Positions 26,422-35,750 of a DNA stretch of 36,061 bases are shown piece by piece. This stretch comes from Planctomycetota bacterium (GTDB taxonomy: Bacteria; Planctomycetota; UBA1135; UBA2386): positions 1-36,061 of the forward strand of contig CANMWZ010000043.1 of the NCBI GenBank assembly GCA_947501605.1. The letters are read 5' to 3'. Under the pieces are notes generated by a model that was not told the origin of the DNA, did not search any database, and saw only the letters and a list, made by a program, of their open reading frames with translations. Position 1 is the stretch's first letter. Each line of letters begins with the position of its first letter. The translations under genes were made by a program, and so were the position numbers.

Positions 26422-28449
26422 GTGCCGCTCGAACACATCCTCACTGACCTAGCTGCGGTTTTCGCGCTGTGCGTCGCGGCGGGCGTGGTGTTTCAGCGGC
26501 TCAAGATGCCGCCAATCGTCGGATTTCTCGTCATTGGCGCGGTGCTCGGTCCCAATTCGATCGGGCTGGTCGGTGAAGAAGCGACCGTGTCGAGCCTTGC
26601 CGAGGTCGGCGTCGTCGTGCTGCTGTTCGCCGTCGGCATGGAATTGCCGCTCAGTCAGCTGGCGCGTTTGCGCCGCACGATCCTGATCGGTGGCGGTCTG
26701 CAGATTGCCGGCACGGTACTCCTGGCTGCGGTCATCTGCGCCCTGTTCGGCATGGGCTGGAACCAGGCCCTCTTCCTCGGCTTCCTGCTGTCGCTGTCGA
26801 GCACGGCCGCATTGACGAAGGTGCTCGTCGATCACGGTGAGTTCTCGACACCGCACGGACGCTTTGCGATGGGCATCGCCATCGCGCAGGACCTCGCCGT
26901 CGTGCCGATGATTCTGCTGATCCCGATGTTGGTCGGTGAGGCCTCGGGCAAGCCCAGCGGCGGCGCCTTGGCCACTCTGGAGAACCTGGCACTGCTGGCG
27001 ATCGTGCTCGCCGTCGCGCACTTCGTTCTACCCAAGGTGCTCGAACTGGTGAGCCGCACGCGCAGTCGCGAGCTCTTCGTGCTCACCCTGGCGGCGCTCT
27101 GTCTGGCGATGGCGGTCGTGACCGCGCGTCTTGGCATGTCCATGGCGCTTGGCGCATTCTTGGCGGGCATTCTGCTCGCCGACACGGACTTCCATGGCCA
27201 CGCGATGGCGGAGGTCGAGCCGTTCCGCGACGCGCTCGCCAGCCTGTTCTTCGTCTCGATCGGCATGCTGTTCGATCCGGCGGTGATCGTCGACAGCCCG
27301 TGGTCCGTGCTCGGGGCTTTGGTCATGGTCATCGCCGGCAAGGCGGCGATCGTCGCGTTCGCGGCGCGGGTCTTGGGGCAGCCCGGCTGGGTCGGGGTGC
27401 GATCTGGACTGCTGCTGGCGCAGGTCGGCGAGTTCTCGTTTGTTCTGGCACAGGTCGGCGGCGGCACCGACGTGTTGCCCGAACGCACCTACAAGATCTT
27501 CTTGGTCGTCGCGGTGTTGTCGATCGCCAGCACCCCGCTGATGCACCAGTTCGGCCGCTGGTTGGTGACGCGTCATCGCGGGCGCGAGAGTGGCGTGACC
27601 AAGGTCACCGACACGCTGAAGGACCACGCCATCGTGATCGGCTATGGCCCGACCGGGCGAACGGTGGTCCAGGCGTTGACCGCACTCGGGCTGCGGGTCG
27701 TCGCGCTCGAGTTGAACGCGACCACGGTCCGCCAAGAGCGCGCCCGCGGCGTGCCGATCGAAGCGGGCGACGCAACGCGTGCGAGCGTGCTCAAGAAGAT
27801 CGGCATCGAACGCGCCCGCATCCTGGTGCTCGCCGTCAATGACAGCGTCGCCGCGCAACGCATCGCGCAGGTCGCGACGTTGATCGCGCCGCAGGTGCAC
27901 GTGCTCGCCCGCGCGGTCTACATCGGTGAGATCGAAGGACTGCAGCAGGCGGGCGCCGACGAGGTGGTGCCGCAAGAACTCGAGGCTTCCGTCGAGATCC
28001 TGGTGCGTGTGCTGCGGCGGTTCTTGGTCGCCGACGATGAGATCGGGCGCCGTGTCGCCGACGTGCGGACGGCCGCGGGCGGACTGAGCAAGAACGCTCC
28101 GATCGCTCGGCTGGAGGCCGCACGTATCGCCGAGTTCTTGCCGGGGCTCGGCATCGGTGTGCACCGCGTTGCTGCGTTTGCCTTCGTCGTCGGCCGCACG
28201 CTGGCCGAACTGGCCATTCGCAAGACGACCGGGTGCACGATCGTCGCGGTCCGCCGCGGCATCGACAATCTCCCGGCGATCACCCCCGAGACGGTGCTTC
28301 AGGTCGGGGATGCTGTTGTGGTGATCGGACCGCAGACGCGGCTCGCCGACGTCGCCGCGATGTTCGCTTCGCCGGGCTCCATGCGCGACGATGCGCCGCT
28401 CCCGCAGGTCGCGAATGCGACCGGCGAGAACGGAGCCGCGCGTCGATGA
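26422..28449 (+). CDS. CPA2 cation:proton antiporter (KefB/KefC-like) with RCK-N and RCK-C domains
   Basis: LAEVGVVVLLFAVGME, SLSSTA, IAQD, ALGAFLAG, FFVSIGM, QVGEFSF; IGYGPTG Rossmann motif; C-terminal TrkA-C. Confidence 0.9.
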   Translation: MPLEHILTDLAAVFALCVAAGVVFQRLKMPPIVGFLVIGAVLGPNSIGLVGEEATVSSLAEVGVVVLLFAVGMELPLSQLARLRRTILIGGGLQIAGTVLLAAVICALFGMGWNQALFLGFLLSLSSTAALTKVLVDHGEFSTPHGRFAMGIAIAQDLAVVPMILLIPMLVGEASGKPSGGALATLENLALLAIVLAVAHFVLPKVLELVSRTRSRELFVLTLAALCLAMAVVTARLGMSMALGAFLAGILLADTDFHGHAMAEVEPFRDALASLFFVSIGMLFDPAVIVDSPWSVLGALVMVIAGKAAIVAFAARVLGQPGWVGVRSGLLLAQVGEFSFVLAQVGGGTDVLPERTYKIFLVVAVLSIASTPLMHQFGRWLVTRHRGRESGVTKVTDTLKDHAIVIGYGPTGRTVVQALTALGLRVVALELNATTVRQERARGVPIEAGDATRASVLKKIGIERARILVLAVNDSVAAQRIAQVATLIAPQVHVLARAVYIGEIEGLQQAGADEVVPQELEASVEILVRVLRRFLVADDEIGRRVADVRTAAGGLSKNAPIARLEAARIAEFLPGLGIGVHRVAAFAFVVGRTLAELAIRKTTGCTIVAVRRGIDNLPAITPETVLQVGDAVVVIGPQTRLADVAAMFASPGSMRDDAPLPQVANATGENGAARR

Positions 28450-29642
28450 CCCGCAACTACACCAAGTGGACTATCGCCTGCCTCGTCGCCAGCCTGCCGC
28501 TGGTGTACCTCGTGCTGACGCGGCCGATGCCGCTGCCGCCGATTCCAGTGGTGCGCGTCGCCTCGTTCAACGCCGCGTTGAATCGCCCCGAGCCAGGTCA
28601 ACTGCTCGCCGAACTGCGCGCCGGTAGCGAGTCTGCCCGTCACATCGCCGAGATCATCCAGCGCTGCGAGGTCGACGTGCTACTGCTCTGCGAACTCGAC
28701 CGCGACGATGCCGCCGAGTCGGCAAAGGTGTTTGCCACGGACTACCTCGCCAAATCGCAGAATGGCCAGCGCGGCATCGAGTTCACCTTCTCGTACGTCG
28801 GCGAGGTCAACACGGGCGAGCCGAGCGGCATGGACCTGGATGGCGATGGCGCGACCAACGGTCCCGGGGACGCGTTTGGCTTTGGCCGCTGGCAGGGCCA
28901 GTACGGCATGGCGATCCTGTCGCGGCACCCGATCGCTCGGGAGCGCGTCCGGACCTTCCGCACGCTGGCGTGGAGTGCGATGCCTGCGGCCATGCGGCCA
29001 GAAGGGTTCTACGACGATGCGACTTGGCAGCAGTTGCGGTTGTCGTCGAAGAGCCATTGGGACGTCCCGGTGCGCGTGCTTGGTCAGGACGTGCATCTGT
29101 TGTGCAGTCATCCGACGCCGCCCGTGTTCGACGGCAAGGAGGATCGCAACGGCTGCCGCAACCACGACGAGATTCGCTTCTGGGTCGACTACCTGACTCC
29201 GGGCAAGGACGCCTGGATCAAGGACGATGCCGGTGTGCAGGGTGGGCTGGCCGAGGGCGCCCAGTTTGTCGTGCTCGGCGATCTCAACTGCGATCCCGTC
29301 GATGGCGATTCGCGACGGGAAGCACTGCTGCAATTGCTCGCTCATCCTCGGGTGCAGGATCCGTTGCCGGCGAGCGAGGGTGGGGCGCAGTCGAGCCTCG
29401 ACCAGTGGGCTGGCAACGCGCTGCACAAGGGTGCGGCCGAACGCGACACCGGCGACTTTGCTGACGATGGCGACAGCGCACCGGGCAATCTGCGCGTCGA
29501 TTACGTGTTGCCCGCGCGCTCGATGACGGTCGTCGACGCTGGGGTCTACTGGCCGGCGAAGAGCCGCGACGGCCACCAACCGATCGGTGCCAGCGATCAC
29601 AGGCTGGTCTTCGTCGACCTCGGCTTCGCTGCACCGAAGTGA
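28446..29642 (+). CDS. Endonuclease/exonuclease/phosphatase (EEP) family protein, exported
   Basis: ATGA overlap with the antiporter; N-terminal TM; SFN, LCE, SHPTPPVFDG, GDLN, RVDYV and SDH motifs. Confidence 0.85.
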   Translation: MTRNYTKWTIACLVASLPLVYLVLTRPMPLPPIPVVRVASFNAALNRPEPGQLLAELRAGSESARHIAEIIQRCEVDVLLLCELDRDDAAESAKVFATDYLAKSQNGQRGIEFTFSYVGEVNTGEPSGMDLDGDGATNGPGDAFGFGRWQGQYGMAILSRHPIARERVRTFRTLAWSAMPAAMRPEGFYDDATWQQLRLSSKSHWDVPVRVLGQDVHLLCSHPTPPVFDGKEDRNGCRNHDEIRFWVDYLTPGKDAWIKDDAGVQGGLAEGAQFVVLGDLNCDPVDGDSRREALLQLLAHPRVQDPLPASEGGAQSSLDQWAGNALHKGAAERDTGDFADDGDSAPGNLRVDYVLPARSMTVVDAGVYWPAKSRDGHQPIGASDHRLVFVDLGFAAPK

Positions 29643-29702
29643 GGTTGCGGCGGCCGCGCCCGCGCGCGCGACCGGGCGGGGCTAGGCAGATCGCGGATTC
29701 GG

Positions 29703-30035
29703 GTGAAGATCGAAGCCATGTTCGCCGCCGCCAAAGAGACCGACTTCCCGTCGAGCCCGTGGACCGGGTTCTTCCAGTTGTCCGGCCGACGCATCCCCGA
29801 GGACCTGCAACTGCAGTTCGACGGCGGCGTGGTGACGGGCGCCGGCTGGGATCGCAACGGCGACTTCATCATCAAGGGCTGCTACGACCTCGACTCGCGC
29901 GAGGTGCGTTGGACCAAGAAGTACGGCGATGGCCGCAAGGTGCTCTATCGCGGCTTTCGCGAAGGCCGCGGCATCTGGGGCACGTGGCGCATCGAGGCTG
30001 GCGCGCACGCGGGCTTCATGGTTTGGCCGGTTTGA
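29703..30035 (+). CDS. Small beta-rich hypothetical protein
   Basis: Aromatic/Gly-rich ORF (WTGFF...GAGWDRNGDF...WTKKY...YRG...IWGTW). Start GTG 29703 or ATG 29718. Confidence 0.7.
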   Translation: MKIEAMFAAAKETDFPSSPWTGFFQLSGRRIPEDLQLQFDGGVVTGAGWDRNGDFIIKGCYDLDSREVRWTKKYGDGRKVLYRGFREGRGIWGTWRIEAGAHAGFMVWPV

Positions 30036-30068
30036 CGCGACGGGCGCGCGTGATGGCGCGCCGCTGGT

Positions 30069-31592
30069 TCACTCGCCGGTCAGTTTCTTGAGCAACGCCC
30101 GCGCGTCGGCGATGGCATCTTGGTCACGCCAACCAAAGTGTGCGCGAGCCGCGGCCCACCAGTGGCGTTCGGGCTTGGCTGGCGCCGCTTTGATCCCGCG
30201 CTGAAGCCACACGATCGAAGCCGCACGGTCTTCGGCGTCGGTGGTGCGTGCGAGCGCCCGGCCGATGCCGACGTAGACCACCGCCATCTCGTGCTCGAGT
30301 TGCTGCGGGAAGGGCTCGATCGTCTCTCGCTCGCGGATGGCCGCGGCGGCGGTGCGCGCAACGACCGGGTCCGGCGGCTCGTCGCCGAGGCGCACGAAAT
30401 CGGCGGCGTGCTGGTTGTGCCATTTCGCCGCGCGACTCAACGCCGTGCCGGAGCGCTCAAAGGTCGCAGCTTCGCCGCGGGCGCCATCGAAGGCGCGCGT
30501 TCCGCTGACGACGCCGGGTGCGGCCGGCAACTCGACGGTGATGCGCGCGCGCTCGCCTTCGAGCCACACTTTGGCCCACGTGGGGGTGCCGTCTTTGTCG
30601 AGTGCCGCGATCTGCACGGCCCAGGGGTTGTCGACGTTGGGCTTGCTGCCGTGCGCGGTGACCTCGATCTGGTAGCGGCCGCGGCCGTCGGCATCGACCT
30701 CGATGGGGCGCCAGGTGGCCGAAACGCGCTCGGCGCTACCGGCGAGCGCGGTAGTCAGGAACGTGGTGATCGCCCGCTGGTACTCACCGTCCTGCGTCAG
30801 CAAAGCGTTGGGCGGGGAGCTGGTTCCGGCTTGGGCCCAGAGCTGCTTGTCGCCGCCCATCTCGTAGTAGGCGCGCAAGGTCGCCGTCACCTGCTCCTTC
30901 GGCGCCTCGGTGGCAGTGATCCACAAGGACGGCATCGACAACTTGGCGCTGTTCTCGGCCGGCTCGCAATCCTCGGGCAGCGCCGCGAACTCGGTGAAGC
31001 CAGCACCGAGCGTGCTCACCATTTCGCCGCGCTTTTGCATGCGTTCGCGGATGAAGTCGCGCGGGCTCGGGACTTCGTCGAGCACGAGTGCGCGCGGTGC
31101 ATAGTCGCGAACTGCGGTGCGCAGCGCGGCGACGCTGCCGATCGACACGCCATAGAATGCGATGCGATTGCGATCGACGCCGCGCTGCTCGCACAGCCAG
31201 GCGAGGAGGTCCTTGGTGTCGAGAAACATGCCGCGCAGTGACGCCGTGCCCTTGCTCTTGCCAAAGCCGCGATAGTCGAACACGCACACGTTGAGGCCGG
31301 CTGAGACCAAAAACGTGTAGTACGGGTGCTGCATGCTGACGTTCGTGTTGCTGTTGTGAAACAGCACGACCGTGCGGCCATCGGACTTGTCGGCGCGGAT
31401 CAGGTAGCCGTAGAGCGAGCCGTTGCCGACCGGCAGATCGAAGGCCTCGGCGTCGAGGCCGAGGTCGGCGGGCTCGACCAGCCACTCGGCGGCAGGCGAG
31501 AGCATGCTGCGGCTGAGGTCGTCGTGGGCGGAGCTGCACGAGGCAGCGAAGAACAGGGCCGCCGTGAGGAGCACGGCGCGGGGTTGCAACAT
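30069..31592 (-). CDS. Alpha/beta-hydrolase-fold lipoprotein with C-terminal extension
   Basis: Lipobox AASC; VLFHN, FDYRGFGKS, GVSIG (GxSxG). Confidence 0.78.
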   Translation of the reverse strand: MLQPRAVLLTAALFFAASCSSAHDDLSRSMLSPAAEWLVEPADLGLDAEAFDLPVGNGSLYGYLIRADKSDGRTVVLFHNSNTNVSMQHPYYTFLVSAGLNVCVFDYRGFGKSKGTASLRGMFLDTKDLLAWLCEQRGVDRNRIAFYGVSIGSVAALRTAVRDYAPRALVLDEVPSPRDFIRERMQKRGEMVSTLGAGFTEFAALPEDCEPAENSAKLSMPSLWITATEAPKEQVTATLRAYYEMGGDKQLWAQAGTSSPPNALLTQDGEYQRAITTFLTTALAGSAERVSATWRPIEVDADGRGRYQIEVTAHGSKPNVDNPWAVQIAALDKDGTPTWAKVWLEGERARITVELPAAPGVVSGTRAFDGARGEAATFERSGTALSRAAKWHNQHAADFVRLGDEPPDPVVARTAAAAIRERETIEPFPQQLEHEMAVVYVGIGRALARTTDAEDRAASIVWLQRGIKAAPAKPERHWWAAARAHFGWRDQDAIADARALLKKLTGE

Positions 31593-31659
31593 GGGGGCGG
31601 CACGATACGCCGAAGGCGCAGTGCGCGCGACTGCGAGAATCCGCGTCAGCAGGATCGAA

Positions 31660-32592
31660 TCACGCGAGGTCGATAGTCGCTGCCAGCAGATCGCCCTCGC
31701 TGCCGCGCGATGTCGGCACGTGCAGCGGCAAGAAGCACGCGGCCTCGGTCTCGACGGCGACCTCGATGCGGCTCTGCTCGACCAGTCGCAACGTCGCCGA
31801 CGCTTCGCCATGCCGCAGCACGACCCCTTCGAGGCAGTCGCGCTTGGTGCCCGCGTGTTCGATGACGACGTGGGCGGCCAAGCGCTTTTCGAGCCACCGA
31901 CCGAGCAGTGCGGCCGACGCCATCGCGTTCTCGCCATAGCGGATCGTCACGTCGGTGGGCGCCATCTCGCGGTAGTGGATGCGTTCGAACACTTCCGCCA
32001 TCGCCCGGCGCCAAGGGCGCAGGCGGAGCCAATTGAGGTCCGTCAGCTGCATGCCGCGACGGCGCCGCGACTCGACCGCGTCGAGCTCGGTTGCGGGCAG
32101 TTGGAATCGCGCCGAGTCGACGATCGACAGATCGGCCATGCCGGCGAGTCCGTCGAAGCGCTGAACGTCGTGCGGCCACGGGCAGGCCCAGTAGCAGCGC
32201 GTCGGCAAGTCGGTGATCAGCAGCGGGCGGACCAGCCCCGGAACGCGCGCGAACGCGTTCTCGGGCACGCGCAATTCGATCTGTTCGAGGTAGAGATCGC
32301 GCGTCGTGCCGTGCTGGCGGGCGGCGCCATGGACCTCGGTCGTGATCACGCCGTTGCCGCTCGCGATCGAGATCAAGAAGGCGCGACATGGCATGCGACC
32401 GGAGAGTGTCTCCAGCAGCGCCCGCAACTCCGCTTCGCGATCCAAAGAGCCGACGACGACAAGATTGGTCAGCAGCGAGCGACTTACCGAGGTGCCTTCC
32501 TCTTCGCTGCCGCACTCGCGCCACAGGGTGCGCAGCGCCTGCGGAATGGCGCTCGGCGCGACCGCGTGGCGCGGCGTCAGCAGCGCGGTCAC
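31660..32592 (-). CDS. opcA: G6PD assembly/allosteric protein OpcA
   Basis: GTGA overlap with zwf; TNLVV, PCRA, EQIEL, PLLITDLP, IVDS and DLNWLRLRPWR motifs. Confidence 0.85.
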   Translation of the reverse strand: MTALLTPRHAVAPSAIPQALRTLWRECGSEEEGTSVSRSLLTNLVVVGSLDREAELRALLETLSGRMPCRAFLISIASGNGVITTEVHGAARQHGTTRDLYLEQIELRVPENAFARVPGLVRPLLITDLPTRCYWACPWPHDVQRFDGLAGMADLSIVDSARFQLPATELDAVESRRRRGMQLTDLNWLRLRPWRRAMAEVFERIHYREMAPTDVTIRYGENAMASAALLGRWLEKRLAAHVVIEHAGTKRDCLEGVVLRHGEASATLRLVEQSRIEVAVETEAACFLPLHVPTSRGSEGDLLAATIDLA

Positions 32593-34124
32593 GGTTGTCT
32601 CCACGTGCGTCCTTCGCCCAGGAGGCGCGCAGTGCTCTCCGGGCCCCAACTGCCGGCGGCATAGGGCTCAGGCTTGCGGCCGTCCTTGTGCCAACCGGCG
32701 ATGATCGAGTCGACGATGCGCCACGCCTCTTCGACTTCGTCGCGACGCGCGAACAGAGTGCCGTCACCGAGCATGGCGTCGAGCAGCAGGCGTTCGTAGG
32801 AGTCGGCTGACTCGCCGCCAAACGCGGCGCCGTAGCGGAAGTCCATGCGGACGTCGCGAACCTTGACGTCGGGACCAGGCACCTTGCTACCAAATCGCAG
32901 CGTGATGCCTTCGTCGGGCTGGATGCGGAGCAACAACACGTTGGGCTGCACGTTGCTCGACCCGAACAGCGTCAGCGGCGGGCGCTTGAAGTGGATTGCG
33001 ACTTCGGTCGCGCGGCGGGGCAAACGCTTGCCGGCCCGCAGGAAGAATGGTGTTCCGGCCCAGCGCCAGTTGTTCACTTGCAGACGAACAGCAGCAAAGG
33101 TCTCGGTGCGCGAGTCGGCGGGGACCCCTTCTTCTTCGGTGTAGCCCCGCACGTCTTCGCCGGCAAACGACGCGGCGGTGTACTGCCCGCGAACGGTCGC
33201 CGCGGCGACCTCGGACGGCGCAAAGGAGCGGATCGCCTTCAGCACTTTGACCTTCTCGTCGCGCACCGAGGTGGCTGTGAGTGCAATGGGAGGTTCCATC
33301 GCGACCAGCGTCAACACCTGCAGCAGGTGGTTCTGGATCATGTCGCGGATGATCCCGCTCTCCTCGAAGTAGCCGCCGCGCGAACCGACACCGATCGACT
33401 CGGCGACGGTGATCTGGACGTGGTCGATGTACTTCTCGTTCCACAGCGGCTCGAAGATGCCGTTGGCAAAGCGCAGGGCGAGGATGTTCTGAACCGTCTC
33501 CTTGCCGAGGTAGTGATCGATGCGGAAGACCTGGCCCTCGTAGAAGGCGGCGCGGATCTGTTCGTTGAGCGCGTTGGCCGAGGCGAGGTCGTGGCCGAAC
33601 GGCTTCTCGACGATGACGCGGGCGAAGCGCTTCTGCTCGAGGTCATCGCGCGACAGGCCCGCGGTGGCGAGGTTCTGCAGGATCTGGCTGTACGAACTCG
33701 GTGGCGTCGCGAGATAGAAGAGGCGGTTGCCCTTGGTGCCGCGTTCCTTGTCGATGCGGTCGAGGTGGTCGCGCAGCGAGTGGTAGCCGGCCGGGTCGGC
33801 GAAGTTGGACTGGTGGAACGTGAACGCCTCCGCCATCGCGTCGAACATCGCGGCCGTGCCCTTACGGCCGAACTGCGCGACGCCGTCCTTGAGCTCCTTG
33901 CGGAAGTCGGCGTCCGACCATTCGCGGCGGGCAAAGCCAGTCACTGCAAAGGCCGGCGGCAACAGACCGTCCTTGGCGAGTCCCATCAGCGACGGCACGA
34001 GCTTGCGCTTCGTCAGGTCGCCGGTGGCGCCAAAGATGACGAGCGAGCACGGCTCGGCGCGGCGGCCTGTGGTGAGTTCGTCCGCGAGCGGGTTCGTCGC
34101 TTCTGCTGCGAGGGCCTTCGGCAT
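32589..34124 (-). CDS. zwf: Glucose-6-phosphate 1-dehydrogenase
   Basis: IFGATGDL, EKPFG, RIDHYLGKETV, RDMIQNH, RWAGTPF, YERLL, YAAGSWGP. Confidence 0.97.
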   Translation of the reverse strand: MPKALAAEATNPLADELTTGRRAEPCSLVIFGATGDLTKRKLVPSLMGLAKDGLLPPAFAVTGFARREWSDADFRKELKDGVAQFGRKGTAAMFDAMAEAFTFHQSNFADPAGYHSLRDHLDRIDKERGTKGNRLFYLATPPSSYSQILQNLATAGLSRDDLEQKRFARVIVEKPFGHDLASANALNEQIRAAFYEGQVFRIDHYLGKETVQNILALRFANGIFEPLWNEKYIDHVQITVAESIGVGSRGGYFEESGIIRDMIQNHLLQVLTLVAMEPPIALTATSVRDEKVKVLKAIRSFAPSEVAAATVRGQYTAASFAGEDVRGYTEEEGVPADSRTETFAAVRLQVNNWRWAGTPFFLRAGKRLPRRATEVAIHFKRPPLTLFGSSNVQPNVLLLRIQPDEGITLRFGSKVPGPDVKVRDVRMDFRYGAAFGGESADSYERLLLDAMLGDGTLFARRDEVEEAWRIVDSIIAGWHKDGRKPEPYAAGSWGPESTARLLGEGRTWRQP

Positions 34125-34218
34125 GCGACGAATGTAAGCAACGGCGGCGCGCGGTCGAGAGGTAGCTTCTTCGTGCTCGCGTGCCGCAGTGCGGTCGCCT
34201 GCGCGATCGCGACCGGCG

Positions 34219-35343
34219 TCACTTCCACAGTTCGACGCGAACGGGCTCCATCGTCTCGACCTGCATACGAAGCTCCTGCGCGCGGTCGCGCAGCGTGGTC
34301 AGCAGCTGGCGGACGCTCTCGGCGCGCATCTCGGCGACGTCGCGCTGCGCATCGGACTCCTCGGCGGCGAGGATCTGCTCCTTCTGACTGCGGACCAGAT
34401 CGTCGAGCTGGCGAAGGCGCGGCGTGAGGCGCTGGACGGTGGAGTTGGCGCGGCGCAGTTCGGACTGCAGGTCGTCCATCTGCTGGGAGACCTGCGCGAA
34501 GTCGGTCTGCATGCGTTCGCGCTGCGTGTCGAGATCGCGCAGCATGGTGGACAGCTGATTGAGGCGAACGCGGGCCTCCTCGGAAGCCTCCCGCTCCATC
34601 TTCTCGCCGAGTGTCTTGGACAGCGCGGCGATCTCGGCAGCGATGTCGTCGCGAAGTCCACGCTTGTCGTCGAGCTGCTTCTGCATGCTCGCGACCGACT
34701 CGCGGAGGCCGTCGATCTGCTCGCGCAGTGGCTTCTGCACGGCCTCCTCGGTGCGCAGGTCGAGCTCGGCCTGCAGGTGCTCCTTCTCAAGTTCGGCGAC
34801 CATCTCGCGCAGGGCGTCGGGGCCCGAACGCGGAACGGCTGCGGCGCGGCGGCGCAAGTCGACGTACTCCTGCTCGAGCTGCGAGACCTTCTGGTCGAGT
34901 TCGGCGATGCGGGAGCTGGCGCGCGAACGCTCCTGCTCCATCGGCGCGTGCAGGCTGGCCTCGAGCGACAGCATGGCGGCGTCGATGGCCTGCGCCTCGA
35001 GCTCGGCGGGGATCTCCTTCGTGACGGCAGTGCTGAGGATCATCTCGAAGGTGCCGTACGGCGAGCCCTCGACCATGTCGCCGTCGATCTCGATCTTGGC
35101 CGCGTTGGCCAGCACGGGCGCGAGCATGGCGCGCAAGCGTTCGCGCACGGCGCGGCCGCGGAAGTGCACGCGCGCGCGCTGGGCGCAGAGGTCGTCGGCG
35201 CCGACGATGCGGAAGTGGATGGGGATCTCGACCAGGAACCCGTCGGGCGGGGTCTCCTGCGCGGCCGCGGACCCGCAGGCGAACGACGCGGCGAGGACGA
35301 GCGGAAGGAAGGCAGACGGAACGGCGGGCAACGAACGGATCAT
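34219..35343 (-). CDS. Exported coiled-coil protein
   Basis: Signal peptide (FLPLVLAASFACGSAAAQ) and a long heptad-rich C-terminal region; ATGA overlap with the upstream gene. Confidence 0.7.
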   Translation of the reverse strand: MIRSLPAVPSAFLPLVLAASFACGSAAAQETPPDGFLVEIPIHFRIVGADDLCAQRARVHFRGRAVRERLRAMLAPVLANAAKIEIDGDMVEGSPYGTFEMILSTAVTKEIPAELEAQAIDAAMLSLEASLHAPMEQERSRASSRIAELDQKVSQLEQEYVDLRRRAAAVPRSGPDALREMVAELEKEHLQAELDLRTEEAVQKPLREQIDGLRESVASMQKQLDDKRGLRDDIAAEIAALSKTLGEKMEREASEEARVRLNQLSTMLRDLDTQRERMQTDFAQVSQQMDDLQSELRRANSTVQRLTPRLRQLDDLVRSQKEQILAAEESDAQRDVAEMRAESVRQLLTTLRDRAQELRMQVETMEPVRVELWK

Positions 35344-35750
35344 CGGGTCTCCTCGGCGCCCGGAGTGCGGGCGCGCAGCGGATAGTGAGCGGCGAAGTGA
35401 CGGCTGGCGACGTCGGCGCGCAGCCCCTGGTGCGCAGCGCGGTCGACGCACATGCGGAAGGCGGTGTCGGCGAGCTCGAGCGCCATGACGCGGGACTTGA
35501 GCGCCTCGATCTCGGCGCGCAGTTCGGCGACCTCCAACGGATCGACCGAAGGGGTGGGCGCGGGCGTTCGCGCGAGCGCGAAGACGATGCCCGCAGCGGC
35601 GAGCAGCAGCGTGGCGACGATGCCGCGCTGGACGCGAAGACGCACGACTCGCGCCTGCAGGCTCGCGGCAGTGACGCGCAGGCCCGAGGGCGGCGGAAAG
35701 GCGGCGTCGGTCGCGGCGAGCGTTCGCAGGAGGTCCGCGTCGTGGTTCAT
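35340..35750 (-). CDS. Single-TM putative anti-sigma factor
   Basis: Coupled (ATGA) to an ECF sigma gene; short N-terminal domain, basic patch, TM helix IVATLLLAAAGIVFAL and a short coiled coil. Confidence 0.6.
   Translation of the reverse strand: MNHDADLLRTLAATDAAFPPPSGLRVTAASLQARVVRLRVQRGIVATLLLAAAGIVFALARTPAPTPSVDPLEVAELRAEIEALKSRVMALELADTAFRMCVDRAAHQGLRADVASRHFAAHYPLRARTPGAEETR

Noticed and set aside
6386..29642. Coordinated DNA-repair island (SbcCD-like, AlkB, DinB-family, EEP)
   Set aside because: The genes are dispersed in separate transcription units, no shared operator was seen, and the EEP protein appears exported.
30043..30062. Intrinsic terminator hairpin GGCGCGC-GTGATG-GCGCGCC between convergent genes
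   Set aside because: A 7-bp GC stem without a U-tract is easily found by chance at this GC content.
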